From: Candidatus Aminicenantes bacterium
GTDB taxonomy: Bacteria > Acidobacteriota > Aminicenantia > Aminicenantales > JAFGBC01
Length of the DNA: 64,000 nucleotides
Assembly: GCA_963702005.1 (NCBI GenBank)
Contig: OY969696.1
Location: forward strand, 3,744,001-3,808,000
Reading direction: 5' to 3'
Both the position numbers and the translations under genes were made by a program. The notes beneath the pieces are model-generated. The model was not told the origin of the DNA and made no database searches. It saw only the letters and a program-made list of their open reading frames with translations. Positions 28,402 to 38,205 of this stretch are shown piece by piece. Every line of letters starts with the position of its first letter. Position 1 is the stretch's first letter.

Positions 28402-29823
28402 TCAGCCTTTCATGACGCCGATCGGGACAACTCGGGCAACCAGCTTTCCCAGCCCGGCTTCATGCGAGACGCGGACGACCTCGTCCACGTCTTTATAGGC
28501 GGCCGAGGCCTCTTCGGCGACGCCCTTCCAGTTCGTCGACTTGAGCTCGATGCCGCGGCGGGCCAGCTCGTCGCGGATCTGCTCCCCCCGGAAGCGCTTG
28601 AGGGCCTCATGGCGGCTCATGACCCGGCCCGCTCCGTGGGCGGTCGAGCTGAAACTCCGCTCCTCGGCCTCTTCGGTCCCGGCCAGAATGTAGGAAGACG
28701 TCCCCATGCTGCCGGGGATGATGACCGGCTGGCCGACGGCGCGGTAGGCGGCCGGGATCTCGGGCCGGCCCGGGCCGAAGCTCCGGGTCGCACCCTTGCG
28801 GTGGATGCAGACGGTCTTCTCGACCCCGCCCACGACGTGCCGCTCGACCTTGGCGACGTTGTGACAGACGTCATAAACCATGCTCATCCCCTTCGCGCTC
28901 CCCAAGATCCGCTTGAAGACGTCCCGGACCCAGTGGGCGATCATCTGGCGGTTGGCGAAGGCGTAGTTGACGGCCCCGCACATGGAGGCGTAGTAGCGCC
29001 GGCCGACCTCGCTCTTGAAGGGCGCGTTGACCAGCTCCCGGTCCGGAAGCCCTCCGACGCCGACCTTGTTCTCCATGATCTCAATGTAGTCGGTCGCGAC
29101 CTGGTGCCCCAGCCCGCGACTCCCGCAGTGGATCATGACCGTGATCTGGCCCTCGGCCTCGATCCCGAAAGCCCGGGCGACCTCGGCGTCGAAGATCCGG
29201 TCAACCTTCTGGAACTCGAGGAAGTGGTTCCCCGAGCCGAGCGTCCCGAGCTGGGGAGCGCCGCGCTCCATGGCCCGCTCCGAGATGTGCTCCCAGGCGG
29301 CGTCCTTCATCCGGCCGCGCTCCTCGGTCCGGTCGAGATCCTCGGCCGTCCCGTAGCCGTTCTCAACCGCCCACTCGGCGCCCTTGACCAGGATGTCGCG
29401 GAGGACGCCGCGCGAGAGCTTGGTGACGCCGCCCTTCCCGACGCCGGCCGGGACCTCCTTGAAGATCTCGGCCAGGAGCTCCTTGCGCTTGGCCGTGATA
29501 TCCGGCTCGCGGAAATCGGTCCGGAGGAGACGGACGCCGCAGTTGATGTCATAGCCGACGCCGCCGGGCGAGATGATTCCGGAATCGAGGTCGAAGGCGG
29601 CCACCCCGCCGATCGGGAACCCGTAGCCCTGGTGGGCGTCGGGCATGACGTAGGACTTGAGCTGGATCCCGGGCAGGCAAGCGACGTTGCGGGCCTGGGT
29701 CAGCGTCAGGTCGTTCCGGATATCTTTGAGGAGGCGCTCGGAGGAATAGATCAGGGCCGGGACCTTCATCTCCCCCTGCTTGGGGATCTCCCACATGATG
29801 TCGCTGATCTTGCGGAGTTCCAT
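28402..29823 (-). CDS. rtcB: RtcB RNA ligase (archaeal/eukaryote-like long type)
   Basis: MPDAHQGYGFPIGGV, GYDINCGVR, GSGNHFLE, HCGSRG, HRKGAT, PGSMG, HGAGR, YKD; start ATG 29823. Confidence 0.97.
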   Translation of the reverse strand: MELRKISDIMWEIPKQGEMKVPALIYSSERLLKDIRNDLTLTQARNVACLPGIQLKSYVMPDAHQGYGFPIGGVAAFDLDSGIISPGGVGYDINCGVRLLRTDFREPDITAKRKELLAEIFKEVPAGVGKGGVTKLSRGVLRDILVKGAEWAVENGYGTAEDLDRTEERGRMKDAAWEHISERAMERGAPQLGTLGSGNHFLEFQKVDRIFDAEVARAFGIEAEGQITVMIHCGSRGLGHQVATDYIEIMENKVGVGGLPDRELVNAPFKSEVGRRYYASMCGAVNYAFANRQMIAHWVRDVFKRILGSAKGMSMVYDVCHNVAKVERHVVGGVEKTVCIHRKGATRSFGPGRPEIPAAYRAVGQPVIIPGSMGTSSYILAGTEEAEERSFSSTAHGAGRVMSRHEALKRFRGEQIRDELARRGIELKSTNWKGVAEEASAAYKDVDEVVRVSHEAGLGKLVARVVPIGVMKG

Positions 29824-29836
29824 GGCGGGTCTCACC

Positions 29837-30340
29837 TCACATGTCGACGACGACCTGGACGACATAGCCGCCGCTCCCGCCGGCCGCGCCGCCGTCGCAG
29901 CATTCGATCTTCATCTCGTTATAGGTCACGGCTTTGACGGCGCCGTAGATCTCGGAGCGGTCGGAGAGGGTGTCGCCCCGGAAGCGGGCGGTCAGGCGGA
30001 GGCGGGCGTCCGATTCCGAGAGATGGTTGGGGACATCCGCGTCGCCGAGAGGGTCGCGGACGGCCGCCGCTTCCTCAATCCTTAGGCCCTCGACGCGGCC
30101 GAGCAAGAAGCGATCGGTATCGAGAAGGTACACGATCTCGTTAAGGAACTTGACCAGGAGCTGCTCGCGGTCGCGGCCGCGGACCTCGATCGGGCGTTCC
30201 AGCTTGGGCTCGACCTTGGACCAGTCCCACATGAGGGAGACCGTGGCCAGGGCCGCGTTGGCGAACGCCTCCTCGATCGTCTCGCCGTAAGCGCGGAATT
30301 TGCCGTCGGCCGTATGGGGCAGAATTTCATAGCGTACCAC
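29837..30340 (-). CDS. Archease (RtcB cofactor)
   Basis: YEILPHTAD N-terminus, VKAVTY and VVVDM C-terminus; directly upstream of rtcB. Confidence 0.93.
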   Translation of the reverse strand: MVRYEILPHTADGKFRAYGETIEEAFANAALATVSLMWDWSKVEPKLERPIEVRGRDREQLLVKFLNEIVYLLDTDRFLLGRVEGLRIEEAAAVRDPLGDADVPNHLSESDARLRLTARFRGDTLSDRSEIYGAVKAVTYNEMKIECCDGGAAGGSGGYVVQVVVDM

Positions 30341-30355
30341 GCCTTTATTATAGCA

Positions 30356-30430
30356 GGGTCAAACCTACACTTCGTCAAAAAGTGCATAAGCAAAGGCTCG
30401 CACAAAGTGACAAAGTGTAGGTTTGACCCC
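30356..30430. repeat. Family D inverted-repeat element (75 bp)
   Basis: gggtcaaacctacactt...aagtgtaggtttgacccc. Confidence 0.92.
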
Positions 30431-30433
30431 CGC

Positions 30434-30489
30434 TTGACAATCTATCTAATTATCTGTATATTCTTAAATAAGAAATTATTATTATTTAA
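30434..30489 (+). promoter_or_regulatory. perR-katA promoter with Per/Fur-box-like inverted repeat
   Basis: TTGACA-17 bp-TATATT (30434-30462) then ttaaataagaaattattattatttaa (30464-30489). Confidence 0.7.
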
Positions 30490-30501
30490 TTGAAAGCGCC
30501 G

Positions 30502-30960
30502 ATGAAACGTGATCCTGAAGATATGGCGCGGCTGATGAGCCGGTTCGAGGACGCGATCCGCCGGGCCGGCATCAAGCGGACCCAGCAGCGCATCGAGATT
30601 TTCTGCGAAGTGGCCCGGACGGGCGATCACCCCGACATCGAGACAATCTTCAGGAATGTCCGCCGGAAACTGCCCACCGTGTCTCTCGACACCGTCTACC
30701 GCACGCTGGGGCTTTTCGGAAAGCTCGGGCTGATAACGACGGTGCGGCCTCTCAACGAGCGGGTCCGCTTCGACGCGAACACGGACGTCCATCACCACTT
30801 CGTCTGCGCCCGCTGCGGCGCAATCCGCGATTTCGAGCATCGGGATTTCCATTTAGGGCGTGTCCCCAAGACGGCGGCCGGGCTGGGGCGCGTGGAGTCC
30901 TTGCGCGTCGAGCTCCGGGGCGTCTGCGCTGACTGTTTGGCTCATAGCCCTCGGAGCTGA
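30502..30960 (+). CDS. perR: Fur-family regulator, PerR-like
   Basis: TQQR, DHP, SLDTVYRTL, RFD, HHHFVCARCG, CADC; upstream of catalase. Confidence 0.85.
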   Translation: MKRDPEDMARLMSRFEDAIRRAGIKRTQQRIEIFCEVARTGDHPDIETIFRNVRRKLPTVSLDTVYRTLGLFGKLGLITTVRPLNERVRFDANTDVHHHFVCARCGAIRDFEHRDFHLGRVPKTAAGLGRVESLRVELRGVCADCLAHSPRS

Positions 30961-31006
30961 CTAAGGAGTAAGTTCATACGAATCCTTGAGATAAAGGAGG
31001 TCCTAC

Positions 31007-32518
31007 ATGGCCAAAGATGAAAAAAAGCTGACAACCGGCTTCGGCATGCCGGTCGACAACGACCTGAACTCGACGACCGCCGGCCCCAAGGGCCCGGTTC
31101 TGGTTCAGGACGTCCACCTCATCGAGAAGCTCGCCCATTTCGACCGCGAGCGGATCCCGGAACGCGTCGTCCACGCCAAGGGCGCCGGCGCGCACGGCTA
31201 TTTCGAGCTCACCCGCGATGTTTCCATGTTCACGCGGGCCAAGTTCCTTTCGAAGCCGGGTCAGCGGACCGAAGTCTTTCTAAGGTTCTCCACGGTCGGC
31301 GGCGAGAAAGGGTCGGCCGACTCGGAGCGCGACCCCCGCGGCTTCGCCGTCAAGTTCTACACCGAAGAGGGGAACTACGACATGGTCGGCAACAACACCC
31401 CGGTCTTCTTCATCCGCGACCCGCTCAAGTTCCCCGACTTCATCCACACCCAGAAGCGCAATCCGGCGACCAACCTCAAGGACCCGGACATGTTCTGGGA
31501 TTTCCTATCCCTGACGCCCGAGTCGATTCACCAGGTGAGCATCCTCTTCTCCGACCGCGGCACGCCGAGGGGCTACCGCAATATGAACGGCTACGGCAGC
31601 CATACCTATATGTGGTACAACGAGAAGGGCGACTACTATTGGATCAAGTACCACTTCAAGACCGAGCAGGGGATCCAAAACTTCACCCGCGAGGAAGCCG
31701 ACCGGATGCGGGGGATTGATCCCGACGTCGCCACCCGCGACCTCCACCAGGCCATCGCCCGCGGCGAGTTCCCCGCTTGGCGCGTTGAAGTCCAGATCAT
31801 GAAGCCGGAACAGGCCAAGGACTACAAGTTCGACCCCTTCGACATCACCAATGTTTGGCCGCACGCCGATTTCCCGCCGCTCGCGATCGGCCGAATGGTC
31901 CTCAACCGCAATCCCGAGAACTACTTCGCCGAAGTCGAGCAGGCCGCCTTCTCGCCCGGTAACTTCGTCCCCGGCATCGGCCCGTCCCCGGACAAGATGC
32001 TCCAGGGTCGCCTGTTCAGCTACCATGACACGCACCGCCACCGGCTTGGCCCCAACTACCACCTGCTGCCGGTGAACGCTCCCAAAGCGGCCCCGATGGC
32101 GAGTTACCAGAGGGACGGCGCTATGCGCTTCGACAACAATGGCGGGGGCGGCCCCAACTACTGGCCGAACAGCTTCGGCGGTCCGACGCCCGTGCCCGGC
32201 ACCGCGATCCCCCCGATCGATGTGGCGGGAGCGGCGGCGCGGCATGCCTTTGTTCTCGGCGACATCGACTTCGTCCAGGCGGGCGCCCTCTACCGGAAAG
32301 TCATGACGGACGCGGATCGCGAGCACCTCATCGGCAACATCGTCGGCCACCTGGGAGGGGCGAAGAAAGCCATCCAGCTGCGGCAGACAGCGCTGTTTCA
32401 TAAAGCCGATCCGGAGTACGGTGAGCGCGTCGCCAAGGGCCTGGGTCTGAAGGTCGACGAAGTCAAGAAGCTGGCGGCGATGTCCCAGGAAGAACGGGTC
32501 AAGGCGACTGCCCTGTAA
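31007..32518 (+). CDS. katA: Monofunctional heme catalase
   Basis: [42 protein letters not shown]. Confidence 0.97.
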   Translation: MAKDEKKLTTGFGMPVDNDLNSTTAGPKGPVLVQDVHLIEKLAHFDRERIPERVVHAKGAGAHGYFELTRDVSMFTRAKFLSKPGQRTEVFLRFSTVGGEKGSADSERDPRGFAVKFYTEEGNYDMVGNNTPVFFIRDPLKFPDFIHTQKRNPATNLKDPDMFWDFLSLTPESIHQVSILFSDRGTPRGYRNMNGYGSHTYMWYNEKGDYYWIKYHFKTEQGIQNFTREEADRMRGIDPDVATRDLHQAIARGEFPAWRVEVQIMKPEQAKDYKFDPFDITNVWPHADFPPLAIGRMVLNRNPENYFAEVEQAAFSPGNFVPGIGPSPDKMLQGRLFSYHDTHRHRLGPNYHLLPVNAPKAAPMASYQRDGAMRFDNNGGGGPNYWPNSFGGPTPVPGTAIPPIDVAGAAARHAFVLGDIDFVQAGALYRKVMTDADREHLIGNIVGHLGGAKKAIQLRQTALFHKADPEYGERVAKGLGLKVDEVKKLAAMSQEERVKATAL

Positions 32519-32574
32519 GGACCTTAAGCCAGTTGGTACGGTCTACCAGACTACGAAAACGGCTGCGGTAAAAA

Positions 32575-32597
32575 TAACAAAGTGCAGGCTTGACCCC
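32575..32597. repeat. Half copy of family D element
   Basis: taacaaagtgcaggcttgacccc, 1 bp from the stop codon at 32599. Confidence 0.75.
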
Positions 32598-32598
32598 G

Positions 32599-33405
32599 CT
32601 ACTTTGTGCGGGCTTTTTTGGCGATCGCTTTGTGGATCTTCTTGTAGGACGGCGGCGGGCCGGTCCGCATCTGCTTCGCGTCTATAAACAGGGCGTCCAC
32701 GATCCCCCACTCGTCCACGGCCGCCCTATCGAAGGTATCGACCGATCGGAAGACGACCTTGTCCCCGATTTCGGCGGCGGCCCTCTTGGCCCTCTCGAAA
32801 GTCATGTTCATGACCGGGCACCAGCCGTTGAGGAAGACGGTCACCGCGGCCTTGTTCTCAACCGGCTCCGGACGCTTCTTCTCGCGGATCCAGCGGGGAG
32901 GCGCGGCGCCGTCGCCGAACGGCTTCCAGAGGAGGATCATCCCCCCGAGTTTATCAACGGGAAGATAGCCCCGCTTCTTGAACCAGGACGCCCGCATGAA
33001 CACGGGGAGGCGCACCCCCCAGGCGACCATCCCCTTTGCGCCTCGCTTCCGGACGTCATCCTCGGCCGCCCGGAGAAGGGCTTGCCCCATGCCGCGCTTC
33101 TGGAAATTACCGCGCCCCTTCTTGTTGCCGTGGACCCAGATGCAAAGGATAAAATAGAGGTCTTTCCCCTCGGCCGCCGAATACTCGATCGGAGCATATT
33201 GGATCATCCCGCCGACACGGCCTTCGGCGTCGAGGGCGATCTTGACTCCCAGGCCGCGGCCCTTCATTCGGCGGTACCAGTTTTCTTTGTGGGAACCCGC
33301 TTCTTTCATATCGTCCGACCAGTCCTCGAGGCACTGGAAATAAAGGCTCTCGTGCTCCGGCGAAAGGTCGACGACTTGGTAGGTCTGCTGTTTCTTGTTT
33401 GTCAT
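32599..33405 (-). CDS. GNAT acetyltransferase (YoaP-like) with thioredoxin-like C-terminal domain
   Basis: ILCIWV, QKRGMGQALL acetyl-CoA motif, WFKKRGY, GWCP. Confidence 0.75.
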   Translation of the reverse strand: MTNKKQQTYQVVDLSPEHESLYFQCLEDWSDDMKEAGSHKENWYRRMKGRGLGVKIALDAEGRVGGMIQYAPIEYSAAEGKDLYFILCIWVHGNKKGRGNFQKRGMGQALLRAAEDDVRKRGAKGMVAWGVRLPVFMRASWFKKRGYLPVDKLGGMILLWKPFGDGAAPPRWIREKKRPEPVENKAAVTVFLNGWCPVMNMTFERAKRAAAEIGDKVVFRSVDTFDRAAVDEWGIVDALFIDAKQMRTGPPPSYKKIHKAIAKKARTK

Positions 33406-33426
33406 GAAAATTTACCTTGTTTCCGT

Positions 33427-35121
33427 TCAGGGCGTTTTGACCTTTTTGGCCGGCATCGTCCGCCCGCCCTGGTTAAGAACAAGCCCGGTCACCTCCCCCG
33501 AAGCGTCCTTGACGAATTCGACCTGGGCCTCCACTTCCTTGAGGAAGAACTTCGTTTCCGATTCCGGGAAGAGCTCAACCTCCGGCTGTCCGGTGGCCTG
33601 GGAGATGAGCTTGCTCTCCCGTCTGATGATGGTGATCGTGAAACCGGGCATGAGCTCGTAATCGCCGACATACTGGTCGTAGATCTTGGGATCGACGGCG
33701 ACTTCCTTTTTCGGGACGGGAAGCGGTTTGGCCGTTTTCAGGTAAATCTGGGCGGGCCCCAAGCGCGATTGGATCCTGAGCCCCGTCACGGCGCCCGCCG
33801 CATTCTTGATGAAACGAAGGACGGCGGGATTTTCCTTGAAAAAGAATTCAACGCCGGAAGCCGCCAGGATTTCAGACTTGCCCTGGCCGCGCCTCTGGGA
33901 ATAAAGTTTGTTCCCCTCGCGCGTGATATAGCGCTCCTCCTTCGCGGCGTCCTCGTAGACTCCCGTCAGGGGGTCGAGGTCCTTGGCGGCCAAGCTGACG
34001 ACCTTGCGTTCGGGCGCGGGCTTGCCGAGCACGAGGCCGGCGATCTTGACCGCCCTGGGCTCCGGATCGCGGCCTTCGATGGCGCTGTTGGTCAGGATAG
34101 CCAGGAAGATCCCGTCCTCGGGAAGCGTCATTTCGTAGGTCGTAAAGCCGTTGATTCCGCCGCCGTGCTCGATCGTGCGGTGACCCTGATAATCCGTAAT
34201 GAACCAGCCGTACCCGTAGCCCGTGGATTCGCCGTTCTTCAGCTTAAACGGAGTGAATGCCTTGTCCAGCCAGTCCCTCCCGATCAATTTTCCCGAAAAG
34301 ACGGCGTCGCTCCAAACGGCCAAATCGTCGACGCTGGAGAGAAGCGATCCCGCGGCGTAGGGCTGGGTCATGCTCAAGTAAGGGGCGTTGATGAAACCGG
34401 ACTTCCCCTCCTGGTAGCCGGGGATGCGGCGGGGGATGATCCGCTCGGCGCTGCCGTAGAAGGAATGCGTCATGCCGAGCGGCTTGAAAATATGCCCCTC
34501 GACGAATTCCTCATAGGTTTGGCCCGAGACTTTCTCGATGATGGCGCCGAGGAGGATGTAGCCGGAATTGCAGTAAGCCCACCGCTCTCCGGGCTCGAAT
34601 TTCATGGGCTTATCCTTGAAAAAATCGATAAGCTCCTGGACGGTGAAGTCCTTCCTCCACAGCGGCAGCCATTCCGCCATGTCCGTATAGCTCTGAATGC
34701 CCGAGGTATGGGTCAGCAGGTGCTCGACGGTGATGCGGCGGCCCTGCATCGGATAGCCGGGCAGATACTTCGAAATTTCGTCCTGGAGGCCGAGCTTGCC
34801 CTGCTCGGCCAGCATGAGAATGGAGACGGCCGTGAACTGCTTGGTGATCGAGCCGAGCCGGAAGACCATGTCCGGTTCGACGGTCACGCCCAGTTCGAGG
34901 TCGGCCATGCCGTAGCCTTTGCGGAAAATCGTTTGTCCCGCCTTCCGGACGATGATCGCGGCGCCGGGTTCGCTTGGATGATAGACCTCGGTCATCACCG
35001 CGTCGATTTTTTTCGTCAGGGTGTCGTCGCCCGCGGCCTGGGCCGAGACGGCGGGCGCGAGCAACGCCGAGGCTAAAACGGCGGCAAGAATGAAGGTCAG
35101 GGTTTTCTTCCTCAAATGCAT
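33427..35121 (-). CDS. Serine hydrolase, beta-lactamase class C/S12 family, with DUF3471-like C-terminal domains
   Basis: SITK (SxxK), LLTHTSG, YCN, HGG; signal peptide; AGGAGG RBS. Confidence 0.92.
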   Translation of the reverse strand: MHLRKKTLTFILAAVLASALLAPAVSAQAAGDDTLTKKIDAVMTEVYHPSEPGAAIIVRKAGQTIFRKGYGMADLELGVTVEPDMVFRLGSITKQFTAVSILMLAEQGKLGLQDEISKYLPGYPMQGRRITVEHLLTHTSGIQSYTDMAEWLPLWRKDFTVQELIDFFKDKPMKFEPGERWAYCNSGYILLGAIIEKVSGQTYEEFVEGHIFKPLGMTHSFYGSAERIIPRRIPGYQEGKSGFINAPYLSMTQPYAAGSLLSSVDDLAVWSDAVFSGKLIGRDWLDKAFTPFKLKNGESTGYGYGWFITDYQGHRTIEHGGGINGFTTYEMTLPEDGIFLAILTNSAIEGRDPEPRAVKIAGLVLGKPAPERKVVSLAAKDLDPLTGVYEDAAKEERYITREGNKLYSQRRGQGKSEILAASGVEFFFKENPAVLRFIKNAAGAVTGLRIQSRLGPAQIYLKTAKPLPVPKKEVAVDPKIYDQYVGDYELMPGFTITIIRRESKLISQATGQPEVELFPESETKFFLKEVEAQVEFVKDASGEVTGLVLNQGGRTMPAKKVKTP

Positions 35122-35176
35122 CGGGACCTCCTGATTCCGGACTTAGACGCTATTATATACGGAAAAACCGTAGGCT

Positions 35177-35251
35177 GGGGTCAAACCTACACTTTGTCAC
35201 AAAGTGTAAAAACGACAATAACACTAAGTGACAAAGTGTAGGTTTGACCCC
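35177..35251. repeat. Family D inverted-repeat element (75 bp)
   Basis: ggggtcaaacctacactttgtcac...gtgacaaagtgtaggtttgacccc (24-bp perfect arms); 1 bp from stop at 35253. Confidence 0.95.
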
Positions 35252-35252
35252 G

Positions 35253-37415
35253 CTACAGGCGCCAAAGATAGGACGCCTTGAAGAAGAAGCCGCGCTTGGT
35301 CTCCAGGAATCGGTCGGACCGCAGATAGGCTCGCTCATCCGCGTTCCACTCCACCTTATCGTAGAGCGATCCGTAGCCGATGTGAATGACCGTCCCGGGG
35401 ATGTAGGTGAATGAGGCCAGGAAATCGGTCATCAGTTCCTTGTAGAAGGAATTGTATTCGACGATGGCCCGGAAGAAGAGGTACTTGTTGACCTGGTAGG
35501 TATTGAGGCTGCGAACGATCGTGTAGTCGTATTCTCTCGTCCCATCGGCCGAGCGCGTGAAGTCGGAATAGGAGAAGCTTAGGTCGAACAGGAAATTCTG
35601 GGACGGCTGGAAGGAGGCCTCGGCGAAAAGGTCGTTTCCCCTCCCCTGGTAGGGATCAAGGACGTACCGGATCTTCTGCCCGAGATTGAAGCGGAGGACG
35701 AGCGAGAGCGGCTTAACGATCTGGCTCTGGGCGACGAACCTGACCCCGCTCCGGCCGAATCGCCGGCCCAGAAAAACTTCGGTCGAATACTTGCCCCCGA
35801 ACGTAACGGACGTGCTCCGGGGCAGGATGAACCGCAGGTCCGCCTGCTCGGTCGTTTCCCAAAGCCCGCTCTCCTTGTCCCGGACTTCGATGAAATGGAC
35901 GATCGGGTCGATGCGCAGGAATAGCTTGGACTTGGGATAGACCATGGGCAGGAAGCCGGCCTGGAGCCGGCTGATCCCGTTCCGGGTCAGGTAGCCGGTT
36001 TCGGTCTCGAAGTCCCGGTCAAGGTCCTGGGCATAAATATTGATGATCCAGTCGCGCGATTGAAGGCCGTAGCTGAGGCCGATCGCATGGCCGTCCCGGG
36101 CCTCCTCGCCCGCGCCCGGATCGGTTCGCGACCAAAACGCATGGTAGCCAACGGCCGCCGCCGGCGTCAAGCGGATCTGCCCGTCCGTTCCCGCGACCGC
36201 ATTGTAATGTTCGCCTTCGAACCGGCCCGTCAGGAATCCGCCCAGGAAGCTGTCCTCGCTCAGGGCATGTTTGTAGCGGACGATCGTGAAATGGGCGAAA
36301 TCCTCGGCCGATTCCTCGGGCAGCTCATCCATGGCGTAAATGGAGGCGACCGTGTCCTTCGGACCGAGCTTCCCGTTGAGCTTGAATCCCAGGTAGGGAT
36401 TGACGATCGTCCGGGTGTGGACGATAGCCCCCAGCGGATCGCCCGACTGGGCGGCGAAGGCGAACTTCTCCCGCCCCTCGAGGAAGAACGGCCGCTTTTC
36501 GGGATAGAACAGAGCATAACGAAGGTTGAAGTCGACCTGGCCCGCGTCGGCCTCGACCTGGCTGAAATCGGGATTGACGGTCCCGTCCAGGATGAGCTGA
36601 GAGGTCAGTCCGTATTTAGCCGTCAGGCTGAGGTCGCTCTGGTCGGACTCCGAGCGGAGGGCGCCCTCGTCGGCGACGCTCGTCCGGCCGTAGGTCACCG
36701 CCGGCAGAAGCTCGAATAGGGTGTAATGACGGACGCCCTCGAAGTTGAGAGCCCTGGTCTGCGTCACGAAATTGAGACCTTGGGCTCGGTCGAGCGGTGG
36801 GTAGGTCCCGGACTCGGAGAATCGGCTGATGCATCGCTCGAAAATGATCCCCATCTCGACCGGATCTTTGGAAGCATAGCGAAGGCTCTTGAAGGGCAGG
36901 CGGATCTCGATCGCATAGCCCTCGGCGTCGATCCGGCCGGCCGAGTACCAGACGACATCAACCGAGAAATCCTCATTGCTGGCCTCGAACTTGGAATCAG
37001 CCTGGATGCCGAGCGGGTTGACGTAGAGCGCGTAAAGGGACTGCTGGTCGTTGAAAGAGTCGAGGTTGATGCAGATCCAATCGTCTCCGGACTGGATACT
37101 GTCCCGGTTCGAGACGACCGCCTTGATCTTGGAAGGCTCGTTGTCGTAGCAGCGGAACGCGAAGTAAAGATTCTCGCGGTCGTAAGCGTAATAGACGACC
37201 GTATTCTGATGCATGTCCTTGCCCATGTCGGGGCGCCAGGTCTTGAAGCCCGTCTCCGTGGGCGCGAGCTTCCAGACGGCGTCGTCGAGGATACCGTCGA
37301 TCACGGGCGGCGTCTCGGTCTTGTAGGGTCTAAGGGGCGGCAGCTTCTGGGCGGCCGCGGCGGCCAGGGATGTGAACAGAACCGCCGCCAGGACGGGACA
37401 GACTATTTCGATCAA
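35253..37415 (-). CDS. CBM9-like + DUF5916 outer-membrane protein
   Basis: PVIDGILDDAVW, TVNPDFSQVEAD, FYPEKRPFFLEG, C-terminal KASYLWRL; start uncertain. Confidence 0.85.
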   Translation of the reverse strand: MIEIVCPVLAAVLFTSLAAAAAQKLPPLRPYKTETPPVIDGILDDAVWKLAPTETGFKTWRPDMGKDMHQNTVVYYAYDRENLYFAFRCYDNEPSKIKAVVSNRDSIQSGDDWICINLDSFNDQQSLYALYVNPLGIQADSKFEASNEDFSVDVVWYSAGRIDAEGYAIEIRLPFKSLRYASKDPVEMGIIFERCISRFSESGTYPPLDRAQGLNFVTQTRALNFEGVRHYTLFELLPAVTYGRTSVADEGALRSESDQSDLSLTAKYGLTSQLILDGTVNPDFSQVEADAGQVDFNLRYALFYPEKRPFFLEGREKFAFAAQSGDPLGAIVHTRTIVNPYLGFKLNGKLGPKDTVASIYAMDELPEESAEDFAHFTIVRYKHALSEDSFLGGFLTGRFEGEHYNAVAGTDGQIRLTPAAAVGYHAFWSRTDPGAGEEARDGHAIGLSYGLQSRDWIINIYAQDLDRDFETETGYLTRNGISRLQAGFLPMVYPKSKLFLRIDPIVHFIEVRDKESGLWETTEQADLRFILPRSTSVTFGGKYSTEVFLGRRFGRSGVRFVAQSQIVKPLSLVLRFNLGQKIRYVLDPYQGRGNDLFAEASFQPSQNFLFDLSFSYSDFTRSADGTREYDYTIVRSLNTYQVNKYLFFRAIVEYNSFYKELMTDFLASFTYIPGTVIHIGYGSLYDKVEWNADERAYLRSDRFLETKRGFFFKASYLWRL

Positions 37416-37545
37416 TCGGCGGAGCTTTTGATAAGGAACAAACGCATGGCGGGCCGAGCTTTTGACACCCTCTCATTTTCCAATCTCAGGAGGGCACAGC
37501 ATATCGCAACAACGGCCGAGGGTCAAACCTACACTTTATCACTTA

Positions 37546-38151
37546 GTAAAGATCCCCGCGGCAAGCCGCGGGGCATTAGGAGCGCAGCTTCAAGGCCAGC
37601 TGCGCAGGCCCTTGCTCCAGTTCTCGGTGACTGACGATGTACTTCGCGATCACATCCCTCGTCATCCGGTCTCCGACCGTCCTTGCGAAATATCCGTCCT
37701 CCCACACTTCCCCGCCCCACAGCTTCTTTTTCAAGCCCGCAAACTCGCGAAACAACCCCCTCCCACTCATGCTCTTTATGATCCTGACGACCTCCCCGAT
37801 CGATCGCGATGGCGGAAATGATACTAGCAAATGAATATGATCTTCGGTAATTTCCATCTCGATGATTTCAATATCGTACGATTCGCAAATCTCTCCCACG
37901 ATCTGTTTCGCTCGTTCCCGGACTTCCACCCGCTCGAAAATCTTCTTCCGGTACTTCGGACACCAGACCAGATGGTAGGACGTGTCGTAGACCGAATGAC
38001 TCGTCCGTTTCAGCGTCACCCATATACTTTACCACACTCCCGAGCAAGGGCCTTTGTGGATAAGGGGGACTTTCCGGTCCCCCTTATCACCCCCTCGGCA
38101 AGGCATACATTCCACCCCGTGGCAAGCCACGGGGCAGCCTGTAAAGCTTTC
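37546..38151 (-). mobile_element. IS200/IS605-family element, tnpA only (about 606 bp; ends approximate)
   Basis: Subterminal hairpins ccccgcggcaagccgcgggg (37554-37573) and ccccgtggcaagccacgggg (38115-38134); no tnpB. Confidence 0.9.
37576..38019 (-). CDS. tnpA: IS200/IS605 Y1 HUH transposase
   Basis: YHLVWCPKYR, DHIHLL (HUH), WEDGYF, catalytic Tyr in KYI. Confidence 0.95.
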   Translation of the reverse strand: MTLKRTSHSVYDTSYHLVWCPKYRKKIFERVEVRERAKQIVGEICESYDIEIIEMEITEDHIHLLVSFPPSRSIGEVVRIIKSMSGRGLFREFAGLKKKLWGGEVWEDGYFARTVGDRMTRDVIAKYIVSHRELEQGPAQLALKLRS

Positions 38152-38205
38152 GTGCAATCTGAGTTTTTACACTTTGTAACAAAGTGTAGGTTTGACCCCG
38201 ATCAC

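Larger units (their letters stand above)
37520..38199. repeat. Family D element split by the IS200 insertion
   Basis: Left arm 37520-37545 plus 38152-38199 rejoin to a 74-bp copy matching the reverse complement of 35177-35251. Confidence 0.85.

Noticed and set aside
32590-35076. Long antisense or alternate-frame ORFs (e.g. 32590-35076 +, 19196-21355 +, 51398-54658 +, 49737-51710 -, 28264-29937 +)
   Set aside because: They are shadows of GC-rich genes with recognisable motifs on the other strand or frame, and have no motifs of their own.
33427-35121. Antibiotic-resistance beta-lactamase
   Set aside because: HGG triad and C-terminal DUF3471-like domains fit generic S12 peptidases/esterases; resistance cannot be claimed.
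37546-37575. tnpB/omegaRNA locus downstream of tnpA
   Set aside because: The tnpA stop abuts the right-end hairpin, leaving no room for tnpB.
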